32,000 nucleotides of DNA from Halalkalibacterium halodurans (lineage in GTDB: Bacteria > Bacillota > Bacilli > Bacillales > Bacillaceae_D). Below are positions 1 to 7,607 of the stretch, piece by piece. Position 1 is the stretch's first letter. Each line of letters starts with the position of its first letter. The notes beneath the pieces were generated by a model, which saw only the letters and a program-made list of their open reading frames with translations, had not been told where the DNA came from and did no database searches. The translations under genes and the position numbers were made by a program. The stretch lies in assembly GCF_004376175.1 (NCBI RefSeq), contig NZ_SNUY01000001.1, positions 94,383 to 126,382 on the forward strand. The letters run 5' to 3'.

Positions 1-139
1 AATTCATTTATAATAAATAGTATATCACTTTTATTCGAAAAGGACGATTATTTCTTTAAATTTTTTTGAAATCCACTAAAACTTGGCGAATGCAGAGAGG
101 ATAGGAATAAGACCTGACGCCAAAGATAAATTTTTTCTT

Positions 140-177
140 AAAATAAAAAGACCCCTGAAGACTATTGATCTTCAGGG
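140..177 (-). terminator. Rho-independent terminator after coaE
   Basis: 9-bp stem ccctgaaga (153-161) / tcttcaggg (169-177) overlaps the coaE stop. On the minus strand it is followed by GUCUUUUUAUUU. Confidence 0.6.
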
Positions 178-767
178 ATTACCTTCCAACGTTTTAAAAT
201 GTCAATAAGCTGCCTTTTTGTTGCATCCAATGTGCCCGAATTATCAATGATTGCATCGGCACGATCCCGTTTTGATTCAAGGGGGCGCTGTGAGCGAATC
301 CGGTGAATCGCATCGTCCTTTCCCGCTTGATCTCGATTCATTAATCGCTGTAACTGTGTGTGCTCATCTACATAAACAAGGAGCACTTTTTCAACAAGAT
401 AAAACAAATTGCTTTCATATAGCAAGGGAATATCGAATACGATTGTCTTTTCCCCTGAACGAATCAACTGTTCTTTTTGCTGCTGCATTTGCCTCCGTAC
501 AGCTGGGTGGACGATTTCATTTAGGACGCGACGCTCTTCCTCTTGTTGAAACACAATCGATCCAAGGGCTTTGCGATTTAGCGTCCCGTCATCGTTTACA
601 ACCCCTGTGCCAAAATGGGCGACAATGGCCTCATAGGCTGGCATACCTGGTTCTACAACGTCACGAGCCACTTGGTCTGCATCGACAATTGGAAGACCTA
701 ACTCCTCCATCATTTTCGCTACACTGCTTTTTCCACTGGCAATGCCCCCAGTCAACCCAATCATCAT
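162..767 (-). CDS. coaE: Dephospho-CoA kinase
   Basis: 201-aa ORF with N-terminal P-loop GLTGGIASGKS. It occupies the same position (after ytaF-mutM-polA) as B. subtilis ytaG/coaE. Confidence 0.93.
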   Translation of the reverse strand: MMIGLTGGIASGKSSVAKMMEELGLPIVDADQVARDVVEPGMPAYEAIVAHFGTGVVNDDGTLNRKALGSIVFQQEEERRVLNEIVHPAVRRQMQQQKEQLIRSGEKTIVFDIPLLYESNLFYLVEKVLLVYVDEHTQLQRLMNRDQAGKDDAIHRIRSQRPLESKRDRADAIIDNSGTLDATKRQLIDILKRWKVIPEDQ

Positions 768-792
768 CTTGATTCGCTCCTTCTACATCCAC

Positions 793-1434
793 CTACATCA
801 TAAGATTAAAAACACCAATGAGAACTAATAACAAACCCGGTATGAAGGAAAAGCGCTTGATCCAATAAGAATCAGCAAAGCGATAACCACTTTTCATGCC
901 AAGGCTTACGAACAGAGCACTCATCACCGCTACACTCACTGCCATATACAGTGGGTGGAACCCGATTAATGCCGCTCCGATTCCTGCACCGAAGGCATCA
1001 AGAGAGAGAGCGATGCCTAAAATAACCGCTTCTCTACCTGTAATGGCTCCTGAATTATCAAAATCTGCGACCATCGGCTTGCGTAAGATGCGAATCACGA
1101 CACCAAGCATTTTAATTTCAAAATTTAAAATGACGTGATCGTCCTTCGTTTCATGCCCGTTCTTTGCAGGACGAAACGCTTGATAAAGCGCCCAGCAACC
1201 GATCAAAATTAAAATGATCCCGCCGAGAGACTCTGCTATAGCCGGTGATAAATACTGCTGAATCGTCATCCCGAAGCCCATCGCAATCAAAATGGAAACG
1301 GCGGAACATCCAGCAATAAATAGCAACGATTTAAAAGGGATTTTCATCTTCCTCAAACCGTATGTCAAGCCGACTCCAAAGCTGTCTAAACTAACAGCAA
1401 ATGCAAGAGCTAGCAAGGAAACTAAATGGATCAT
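793..1434 (-). CDS. ytaF: Sporulation membrane protein YtaF (MntP/DUF204-like)
   Basis: 213-aa polytopic membrane ORF with two repeated halves (AVSLDSFGVG and ALSLDAFGAG). Syntenic with B. subtilis ytaF. Confidence 0.85.
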   Translation of the reverse strand: MIHLVSLLALAFAVSLDSFGVGLTYGLRKMKIPFKSLLFIAGCSAVSILIAMGFGMTIQQYLSPAIAESLGGIILILIGCWALYQAFRPAKNGHETKDDHVILNFEIKMLGVVIRILRKPMVADFDNSGAITGREAVILGIALSLDAFGAGIGAALIGFHPLYMAVSVAVMSALFVSLGMKSGYRFADSYWIKRFSFIPGLLLVLIGVFNLMM

Positions 1435-1501
1435 GACATGAGCTCCTTCCTCTACTACTATCAGCTACGATAGTATATGGCAAGAGCCTATCCGAGGTAC
1501 G

Positions 1502-2326
1502 TTATTTTTGGCATACAGAACAGAAATGTGTACCTCTTCCCCCAACGACCGTCTTCGTAATTGGGGTTCCGCACTGGCGGCAAGCTTCGCCCTTGCGTCC
1601 GTATACATCGAGTCGCTGCTGAAACATGCCCATTTCCCCTTGTCCGTTGACATACGATTTGATCGAACTACCACCAAGGTTCACCGCTTCCGTCAATGTA
1701 TTTAAAATCGCTTGGTGGAGAACCTTCACCTCAGCAACGGTTACATCTTTCGCTAATCGTTCTGGGTGAATTCGCGCCCGAAATAGCGCCTCATCCACAT
1801 AGATGTTTCCCAGTCCAACAATGATTCCTTGATCGAGCAAAGCCGATTTGATTTTGCGGGATGTTTTAGATAAGCGCTCGGTTAGAAGCTTGGCGGAAAA
1901 CTGATCAGAGAACGGCTCCACTCCTAGTTTGGCCAAAGGCGGCTCCATTTGTTCCCTTCCGCTCTGAAAGAGGTGCATCGTTCCAAATTTACGGACATCT
2001 TGGTAGCGAAGCTCGGTGCCATCTCCAAAGACGAATCGAACGTGGGTATGCTTGGCTACACTTTCATTTTGTTGATACAACCCGTAGCGCCCTTCCATTC
2101 GCAAATGGCTCACTAGGGTATAGTCATCTAAGTGAAACAGAAGAAACTTTCCTCGTCTCCCCATGGAACGGATCGTTTGCCCTTTGAGCAACCACTTAAA
2201 TTGATCCACATCGTCAGGTTTTTTGATCATTTTCGCCCACCCGACATCGACTTGTTCAATTGTTTTCCCAATTACTAACTCGGCGAGGGTTCGCCGCACC
2301 GTTTCCACCTCTGGTAATTCTGGCAT
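1502..2326 (-). CDS. mutM: Formamidopyrimidine-DNA glycosylase
   Basis: 274 aa with catalytic N-terminus MPELPEVE and C-terminal zinc finger CRQCGTPI...HFCSVCQ. It starts 22 nt downstream of polA. Confidence 0.95.
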   Translation of the reverse strand: MPELPEVETVRRTLAELVIGKTIEQVDVGWAKMIKKPDDVDQFKWLLKGQTIRSMGRRGKFLLFHLDDYTLVSHLRMEGRYGLYQQNESVAKHTHVRFVFGDGTELRYQDVRKFGTMHLFQSGREQMEPPLAKLGVEPFSDQFSAKLLTERLSKTSRKIKSALLDQGIIVGLGNIYVDEALFRARIHPERLAKDVTVAEVKVLHQAILNTLTEAVNLGGSSIKSYVNGQGEMGMFQQRLDVYGRKGEACRQCGTPITKTVVGGRGTHFCSVCQK

Positions 2327-2348
2327 CTTCGTATCTCCTTACTCCAAG

Positions 2349-4979
2349 TTACTTTGCATCATACCATGTGTCACCGCAAGCCACGTCCACCTTTAGGGGC
2401 ACGCGTAATTCCACAGCTTGCTCCATAACAGAAGTCACAAGCTCTTTCATTTGCGCCACTTCTTCCTTCGGCACCTCAAAAATTAATTCGTCATGCACTT
2501 GCAACAGTAATCGGCTTTGCAAGTCTTCTTCGTCCATCCGACTCGCCATCTGAACCATCGCTTGCTTTATAATGTCAGCAGCTGTTCCTTGGATCGGTGT
2601 GTTCATGGCTGTACGCTCTGCAAAGCTACGTTGATTGAAATTGCGACTCGTTAAGTCAGGCAAATAACGGCGGCGCTTCAACAGTGTTGTCACATAACCC
2701 TTCTCTCGAGCTTCATCGATGACGTGATCGAGGTACTCCTTTACCTTCGGGTAGCTAGCAAAATAACGCTCGATGAACGTTGCCGCTTCCTTCCTAGTGA
2801 TGCCAAGGTTTTGGCTCAGTCCATAATCGCTAATGCCATACACAATTCCGAAGTTGACCGCTTTCGCACTGCGACGCATGTTGGACGTTACTTCTTCCTG
2901 GCTAACATGAAATACGTCCATCGCCGTTTTCGTGTGGACATCCATATCTTCACGGAACGCTTCCATAAGCTTTTCATCTTCGGCAAAATGGGCAAGGACG
3001 CGCAATTCAATTTGCGAATAATCAGCAGCAAGAATGAACCAGTCCTTTTCCGATGGAACGAAGGCTTTGCGAATTTTACGTCCTTCCTCTAAGCGAATCG
3101 GGATGTTTTGTAAATTCGGATCTGTCGAGCTTAAGCGACCGGTTTGAGTTAGAGCCTGATTGAAGCGGGTATGAACCTTCCCAGTCCCCTTGTGAACAAC
3201 TTTCAGCAATCCGTCAATATACGTAGAATTTAGCTTACCGAGCTGCCGATAGTGAAGTATGTGATCAATGATCTCGTGTTGCCCAGCTAGCTTCTCTAAC
3301 ACATCAGCAGACGTTGAATACCCTGTCTTCGTCTTTTTAATGACTGGAAGCTGTAACTTCTCAAATAAAATTTCACCCAGTTGCTTAGGTGAGTTTATAT
3401 TGAATGATATGCCAGCTAATTCGTGGATCGTTTGCTCAAGCTCCTCAAGACGAGCATTTAAGTCCGCACCCATTTGCTCAAGCTGCTCAACATCGACTTT
3501 TACACCTGTTGTTTCCATTCGTCCTAAAATGACCGAAAGCGGCATCTCCAATTCGTTGAACAACCCTAGCTGCTCATTTTCTTTCAGCTTCTCTTCAACG
3601 TGCTCCTTTAATTGAAAAATCGCGTCCGCTTTCCGCGCCAGGTGTTCTCCTAGCTCTTTCTCGTCAGGAATCCGGCGTTTAGCCCCTTTCCCATAAACCG
3701 CCTCATCTTCATGTACGTGACCTTTCCGGTGATGTTTCGTCACATCGCTCACTTCATGAAACGATGTGGACGGGTCTAATAAATAGGAGGCCATTTGCAA
3801 GTCAAATGTACTACCAGCTAGTTCAATGTTTTTCCAGCCTAACGCAACGACCGCACGCTTCGCATCAAACAACCACTTCTCCTTGCGTTCATCCTTTAAC
3901 CATTGAATAAGCGCTTCCGATCGGAGAGCTTCATCTGTTGGAATGTAATAGCAACCATTGTTATGGGCGATCGCCAGCCCTAAAATGTCGCCTTGATGGT
4001 AGTTCTCATCCAACACTTCCACAACAAGGGCAGCTTTATCCGCTAAATGCGCCTTTTTTACCTCACGAAGCGTTTCATAGTTCAAAGACTGGAGTTCTTC
4101 CTTTTCAATCCCTTCTCCGTCTGCATCGACTTTGTCGAGCAATGAGTTAAAATCAAGCTCTTTGAACAATTTCACAACTTCTTTTTTATCATATTCACCA
4201 AACGTAAACGAATCTGCGTCCAGCGTCACTGGGGCTTCCAGATAAATCGTCGCCAACTTCTTGCTCATAAGGGCTTGGTCACGATGTTCTTCCAGTCGCT
4301 CCTTCATCTTTTTCCCTGAAATTTCGTCGATGGACTCTAGTACTTTTTCAACCGAACCATATTCCTTTAACAATTTCAGCGCTGTCTTTTCTCCGATGCC
4401 TGGAACGCCCGGAATATTATCCGAACTATCCCCCATGAGACCTTTCATATCAATAATCTGCTCTGGTGTAATTCCATATCGTTCTTCAATGCCTTTTTCA
4501 TCATAGACATCAATCTGTGTAATTCCTTTTCTCGTCAAAGCGACCGTCACATGGTCAGACACGATTTGCAACAAGTCTTTATCACCGGTAAAGATTTTCA
4601 CTTCAAAGTTTTCTTGACTCGCCTGTTTTGCCAATGTACCGATGAGATCGTCCGCTTCAAAGTTTTCCACTTCAACACGGGCAATGTTAAACGCATCCAA
4701 GAGCTCGCGAATGAGCGGAAATTGCTCTGAAAGCTCTGGCGGCGTTTTTTGCCTTCCACTTTTGTACGCATCATATGTATCATGCCTAAATGTGGTCTTA
4801 CCCGCGTCAAAAGCAACAACCATGTGAGTTGGCTTTTCGTCTTCCAACACCTTTAACAGCATCATTGTAAATCCATACACGGCATTCGTATAAACACCTT
4901 TATCGTTATTAAGCAATGGCAATGCAAAAAATGCGCGATACGCAATACTATTTCCATCGATCAGTACTAGTTTTTTCAA
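2349..4979 (-). CDS. polA: DNA polymerase I
   Basis: 876 aa with TTG start 9 nt after AGAGAGGGG. Has a 5'-nuclease N-domain (LIDGNSIAYRAFFA) and Pol A motifs DYSQIELRVLAH, RRSAKAVNFGIVYG and QVHDEL. Confidence 0.97.
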   Translation of the reverse strand: MKKLVLIDGNSIAYRAFFALPLLNNDKGVYTNAVYGFTMMLLKVLEDEKPTHMVVAFDAGKTTFRHDTYDAYKSGRQKTPPELSEQFPLIRELLDAFNIARVEVENFEADDLIGTLAKQASQENFEVKIFTGDKDLLQIVSDHVTVALTRKGITQIDVYDEKGIEERYGITPEQIIDMKGLMGDSSDNIPGVPGIGEKTALKLLKEYGSVEKVLESIDEISGKKMKERLEEHRDQALMSKKLATIYLEAPVTLDADSFTFGEYDKKEVVKLFKELDFNSLLDKVDADGEGIEKEELQSLNYETLREVKKAHLADKAALVVEVLDENYHQGDILGLAIAHNNGCYYIPTDEALRSEALIQWLKDERKEKWLFDAKRAVVALGWKNIELAGSTFDLQMASYLLDPSTSFHEVSDVTKHHRKGHVHEDEAVYGKGAKRRIPDEKELGEHLARKADAIFQLKEHVEEKLKENEQLGLFNELEMPLSVILGRMETTGVKVDVEQLEQMGADLNARLEELEQTIHELAGISFNINSPKQLGEILFEKLQLPVIKKTKTGYSTSADVLEKLAGQHEIIDHILHYRQLGKLNSTYIDGLLKVVHKGTGKVHTRFNQALTQTGRLSSTDPNLQNIPIRLEEGRKIRKAFVPSEKDWFILAADYSQIELRVLAHFAEDEKLMEAFREDMDVHTKTAMDVFHVSQEEVTSNMRRSAKAVNFGIVYGISDYGLSQNLGITRKEAATFIERYFASYPKVKEYLDHVIDEAREKGYVTTLLKRRRYLPDLTSRNFNQRSFAERTAMNTPIQGTAADIIKQAMVQMASRMDEEDLQSRLLLQVHDELIFEVPKEEVAQMKELVTSVMEQAVELRVPLKVDVACGDTWYDAK

Positions 4980-5238
4980 ACGAAACGTACCCCTCTCTTG
5001 ATCATGTTCAAGTCGTTTATCCGCTTAACTGGCGCTAAGGCTCCCGCTTCAAGCTTTGAGGCAACAAGAAAGCCGAAGATCGTCAGTCTGTGCAACCAGC
5101 ATCTTTCTGGCGTCAGTTACAAGTGAGTGAAAAACAGACTACACTCTCCACGTCCTATGAAAATTTCTGTGTAACCACATCGTGTGTGTCACATTTAGTG
5201 AGGGGACAACAACCCCCACTGAATGAAGTTTTCACCTT

Positions 5239-5247
5239 ATTTTATCA
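5239..5247 (-). promoter_or_regulatory. Candidate extended -10 (TGaTAAAAT) for polA
   Basis: The minus strand reads catgTGaTAAAATaagg directly after the hflC terminator. The -35 is weak (TTCTTT). This would give a ~250-nt leader. Confidence 0.3.
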
Positions 5248-5260
5248 CATGAAGGATTTG

Positions 5261-5297
5261 AAAGAAAAAAGCTAGCAAAGAACAATCTCCGCTAGCT
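5261..5297 (-). terminator. Rho-independent terminator after hflC
   Basis: 7-bp stem agctagc (5270-5276 / 5291-5297) starts at the hflC stop. On the minus strand it is followed by UUUUUUCUUU. Confidence 0.65.
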
Positions 5298-6229
5298 CAG
5301 TCTGTGTACCCCATCAAGATTCTTGCGTAAGGGGAATCGGCTGGTAACACGATAACCGTCTGATCCCCGATCGTTTTTTCATAGGAAAGCAACGTGCGGT
5401 ACAGTTGGTAAAACTCTGGATCACGTCCGAAGGATTCGTTGTAGATTTCTGCAGCCTCGGCCTCACCAGCACCGATAATTTCTTCAGCATCCGCTTTAGC
5501 CTTGGCTAAGATTTCCGTTACTTCCTGATCGGTTCTTGCTCGAATCCGGTTCGCTTCAGCATCCCCTTGAGACAAGTAATCTTGGGCGATGGACTCCCGC
5601 TCCGAAATCATCCGCCGATAGACCGCCTCTTCGTTTTCCTTCGGTAAGTCCGTTCGCTTCATACGTACATCAAGTAAGACAATGCCTAAATCTTGGCGTT
5701 CAAGTGAACTGTTTACTCGTTCCTTTACTTGCTGATTGAAGTCTCCCCTAGAGTTTTCCTCTTCGTTAATGATCTCATCAAACTCTAACTGTCCAAGCTC
5801 AGCCCGAATCGCTGAAAAAATTTGCTCCCCTAAAATAGCTTCCGCTCCTTGGAGAGATCCTACATTGGAAATCATTCTGAGCGGATCCTCGATGCGCCAT
5901 AGAGCGTAATGATCTGCCAGCATCCGTTTTTTATCGCGCGTGTTAATTTCCGCTGGGGGAATGTCATAGATCATTTGATATTTTGGCAGTGTACTGACAC
6001 TTTGAATGAACGGAATTTTAAATTTTAGCCCTGGCTCGCTTTCAACACGAACGACTTCTCCGAACTGACGCACCACTTTATATTCGCCCTGCTCGACGAT
6101 AAATAAGTTGGAGAGGATAATTCCAACAATCCCGATTAACAAAACGGCGACAGACCCTAGTTGAACATATTTACGAAGTTCCACCGGTGGCCGCTTTTCA
6201 TCGAAGTTAATGATTTTGTCATCACTCAT
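5297..6229 (-). CDS. hflC: SPFH/band-7 protease modulator HflC
   Basis: 310 aa with an N-terminal TM, an SPFH domain and a coiled coil. Blocks align with E. coli HflC as recalled (PGLKFKIPF, RMISERESIA, DPEFYQLYRTL). Overlaps the hflK stop by 8 nt (ATGAGTGA). Confidence 0.88.
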   Translation of the reverse strand: MSDDKIINFDEKRPPVELRKYVQLGSVAVLLIGIVGIILSNLFIVEQGEYKVVRQFGEVVRVESEPGLKFKIPFIQSVSTLPKYQMIYDIPPAEINTRDKKRMLADHYALWRIEDPLRMISNVGSLQGAEAILGEQIFSAIRAELGQLEFDEIINEEENSRGDFNQQVKERVNSSLERQDLGIVLLDVRMKRTDLPKENEEAVYRRMISERESIAQDYLSQGDAEANRIRARTDQEVTEILAKAKADAEEIIGAGEAEAAEIYNESFGRDPEFYQLYRTLLSYEKTIGDQTVIVLPADSPYARILMGYTD

Positions 6230-7181
6230 TGTTCGTCCCCTCCTCTACAGGTGCTTGTTGCTGACGTTCCAACGGGCGGATCGGCAAATAATTAATCGTA
6301 TCGTTATTGCTATCCATAATGTAAATTTCCGTGTCCGGTAAAATGGACTCTAACGTTTCAAGAACGAGACGTTGACGGGTAACGTCAGGATTCACTAAAT
6401 ATTCTTCGTATAAAGCATTAAAACGGGCCACATCCCCACGGGCGGTCTCGATCCGGTCCGCTCTCTGCCCTTCCGCTCTTGAAATAATTGCGTCTTTTTC
6501 ACCCTCCACTTCGTTCGTTTCTTGATTTCGGTAACGATTAGCCTCGTTAATTTTCGTTAAGCGTTCTTCACGAGCATCCGTTACATCGGTAAACGCACGT
6601 CGTACTTCTTCCGTCGGTAGCTCTACGTCTTGTAGCTTCACATCTGAGATGCTGATGCCAATTTGATAAAGGTCCATAAGTTCAACTAACGATTCAAAAA
6701 TATCAGCTTCAATGGTCGGACGTTCGTCGGTTAATGCTTCATCAACAGATGCACTTCCAATAACGCTGCGCAAAGCTGAAGAGGTAGCATTATATAATAG
6801 CTCTTTCGGATCCTCTGTGCTATATAAGTATTGCTCTGGGTCTGTGATTCGCCATTGAACAGCTAAATCGGCAAACACGATATTTTCATCCCCAGTGATC
6901 ATTTTCGCCTCATCTGTAAATTCAACGACTTCCCCTTCATCTTCTTTATAACCGACTTGCAAGTTAAAGGTTCCTCTTGGTAATATCTCAACCTTTTGAA
7001 TCGGCCACGGCATTTTGAATTTAAGTCCTGGCTCGTCAATGGTTTCCTCTACTTTTCCGAACGTGATCAAAGCAGCTTGTTCCGTTTCATCGACTATGTA
7101 CCAACCTGTGACGAGAAATAGCCCAAGAATCGCGGCGCCGATAAGCGAGAAAAAACCTACTACTAATTGCCGAATCGTCAT
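6222..7181 (-). CDS. hflK: SPFH/band-7 protease modulator HflK
   Basis: 319 aa with an N-terminal TM, an SPFH domain (PGLKFKMPWPI) and an HflK-like C-terminal helical region. The SD AGGGGGGA lies 7 nt before the ATG. Translationally coupled to hflC. Confidence 0.88.
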   Translation of the reverse strand: MTIRQLVVGFFSLIGAAILGLFLVTGWYIVDETEQAALITFGKVEETIDEPGLKFKMPWPIQKVEILPRGTFNLQVGYKEDEGEVVEFTDEAKMITGDENIVFADLAVQWRITDPEQYLYSTEDPKELLYNATSSALRSVIGSASVDEALTDERPTIEADIFESLVELMDLYQIGISISDVKLQDVELPTEEVRRAFTDVTDAREERLTKINEANRYRNQETNEVEGEKDAIISRAEGQRADRIETARGDVARFNALYEEYLVNPDVTRQRLVLETLESILPDTEIYIMDSNNDTINYLPIRPLERQQQAPVEEGTNNE

Positions 7182-7417
7182 GTTGCAGTCCCCCCTGTAA
7201 AATCATTTTCTATATGTACGTATGAAACGAACACTTTGTTTCATGTTTGGAAACTTGGCGGTGGCAAAGCCTTATCTCTAATAACTAGTGAAAATTGCTT
7301 CTTCTTTCTACCATGGACCCTATATGATAAGCAGCTGCCAGTGCCTTCCCAATTCTATTATAATACAACTTTAGAAAACCGGGGGATAGAAGTGATGTTG
7401 TGAAGGAAAGTTTATAA

Positions 7418-7458
7418 GCGAAAAGAGGGACGAAAGCTTCAGGGGGTGCTTTCGTCCC
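7418..7458 (-). terminator. Rho-independent terminator between phoR and hflK
   Basis: 11-bp perfect stem gggacgaaagc (7458-7448) / gctttcgtccc (7437-7427) with 10-nt loop ACCCCCUGAA, then UCUUUUCGCUU on the minus strand. Confidence 0.7.
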
Positions 7459-7545
7459 AACACAAGGGGATGTGTTATTGCTTGTAAACCAATTGCAGGG
7501 ATGAGAAGAGCAATCAGCTTACAACGGCATTGATGAAACCGTTCA
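7418..7545 (-). ncRNA. Candidate ~125-nt PhoP-dependent small RNA (or hflKC leader)
   Basis: ORF-free and SD-free segment between a Pho-box promoter (predicted +1 near 7545) and the 7427-7458 terminator. Hairpins at 7523-7543, 7477-7482/7509-7514 and 7459-7476 (loop AUCCCCUU), plus the terminator hairpin (loop ACCCCCUGAA). Confidence 0.35.
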
Positions 7546-7551
7546 ATGGTT

Positions 7552-7605
7552 ATCATAAGGTATCAAAGTTAACCTTGCATAAAGGACTTGTAAAAAATGT
7601 GTAAA
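7552..7605 (-). promoter_or_regulatory. Pho box (4 direct TT(A/T/C)ACA-like hexamers, 11-bp phasing) plus -10 TATGAT
   Basis: The minus strand, starting 2 nt after the phoR stop, reads TTTACA-cattt-TTTACA-agtcc-TTTATG-caagg-TTAACT-ttgatacct-TATGAT. The hexamers then span about -60 to -22, which is the known PhoP~P core-binding geometry in B. subtilis. Confidence 0.55.
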
Positions 7606-7607
7606 GC

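Noticed and set aside
1-140. AT-rich segment with TGaTATACT (minus, 29-21) as the promoter of a gene beyond the window start
   Set aside because: There is no -35 and the target gene is outside the window. It cannot be evaluated.
251-772. 173-aa plus-strand ORF antisense to coaE. Similar long antisense ORFs occur at 14529-15116, 19357-19974, 12290-12712, 16546-16989, 17310-17765, 2724-3092 and 23702-24318
   Set aside because: All lie fully inside well-supported minus-strand genes. They lack SDs and have Ser/Pro/Cys/Arg-rich shadow-frame composition.
1465-1677. 70-aa minus-strand ORF overlapping the mutM 3' end
   Set aside because: It is an alternative frame of mutM, with no SD and non-protein-like sequence.
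7371-7556. 61-aa minus-strand ORF between phoR and hflK
   Set aside because: It has no SD. Its ATG is part of the TATGAT -10. The frame reads straight through an 11-bp terminator stem, and the composition is not protein-like.
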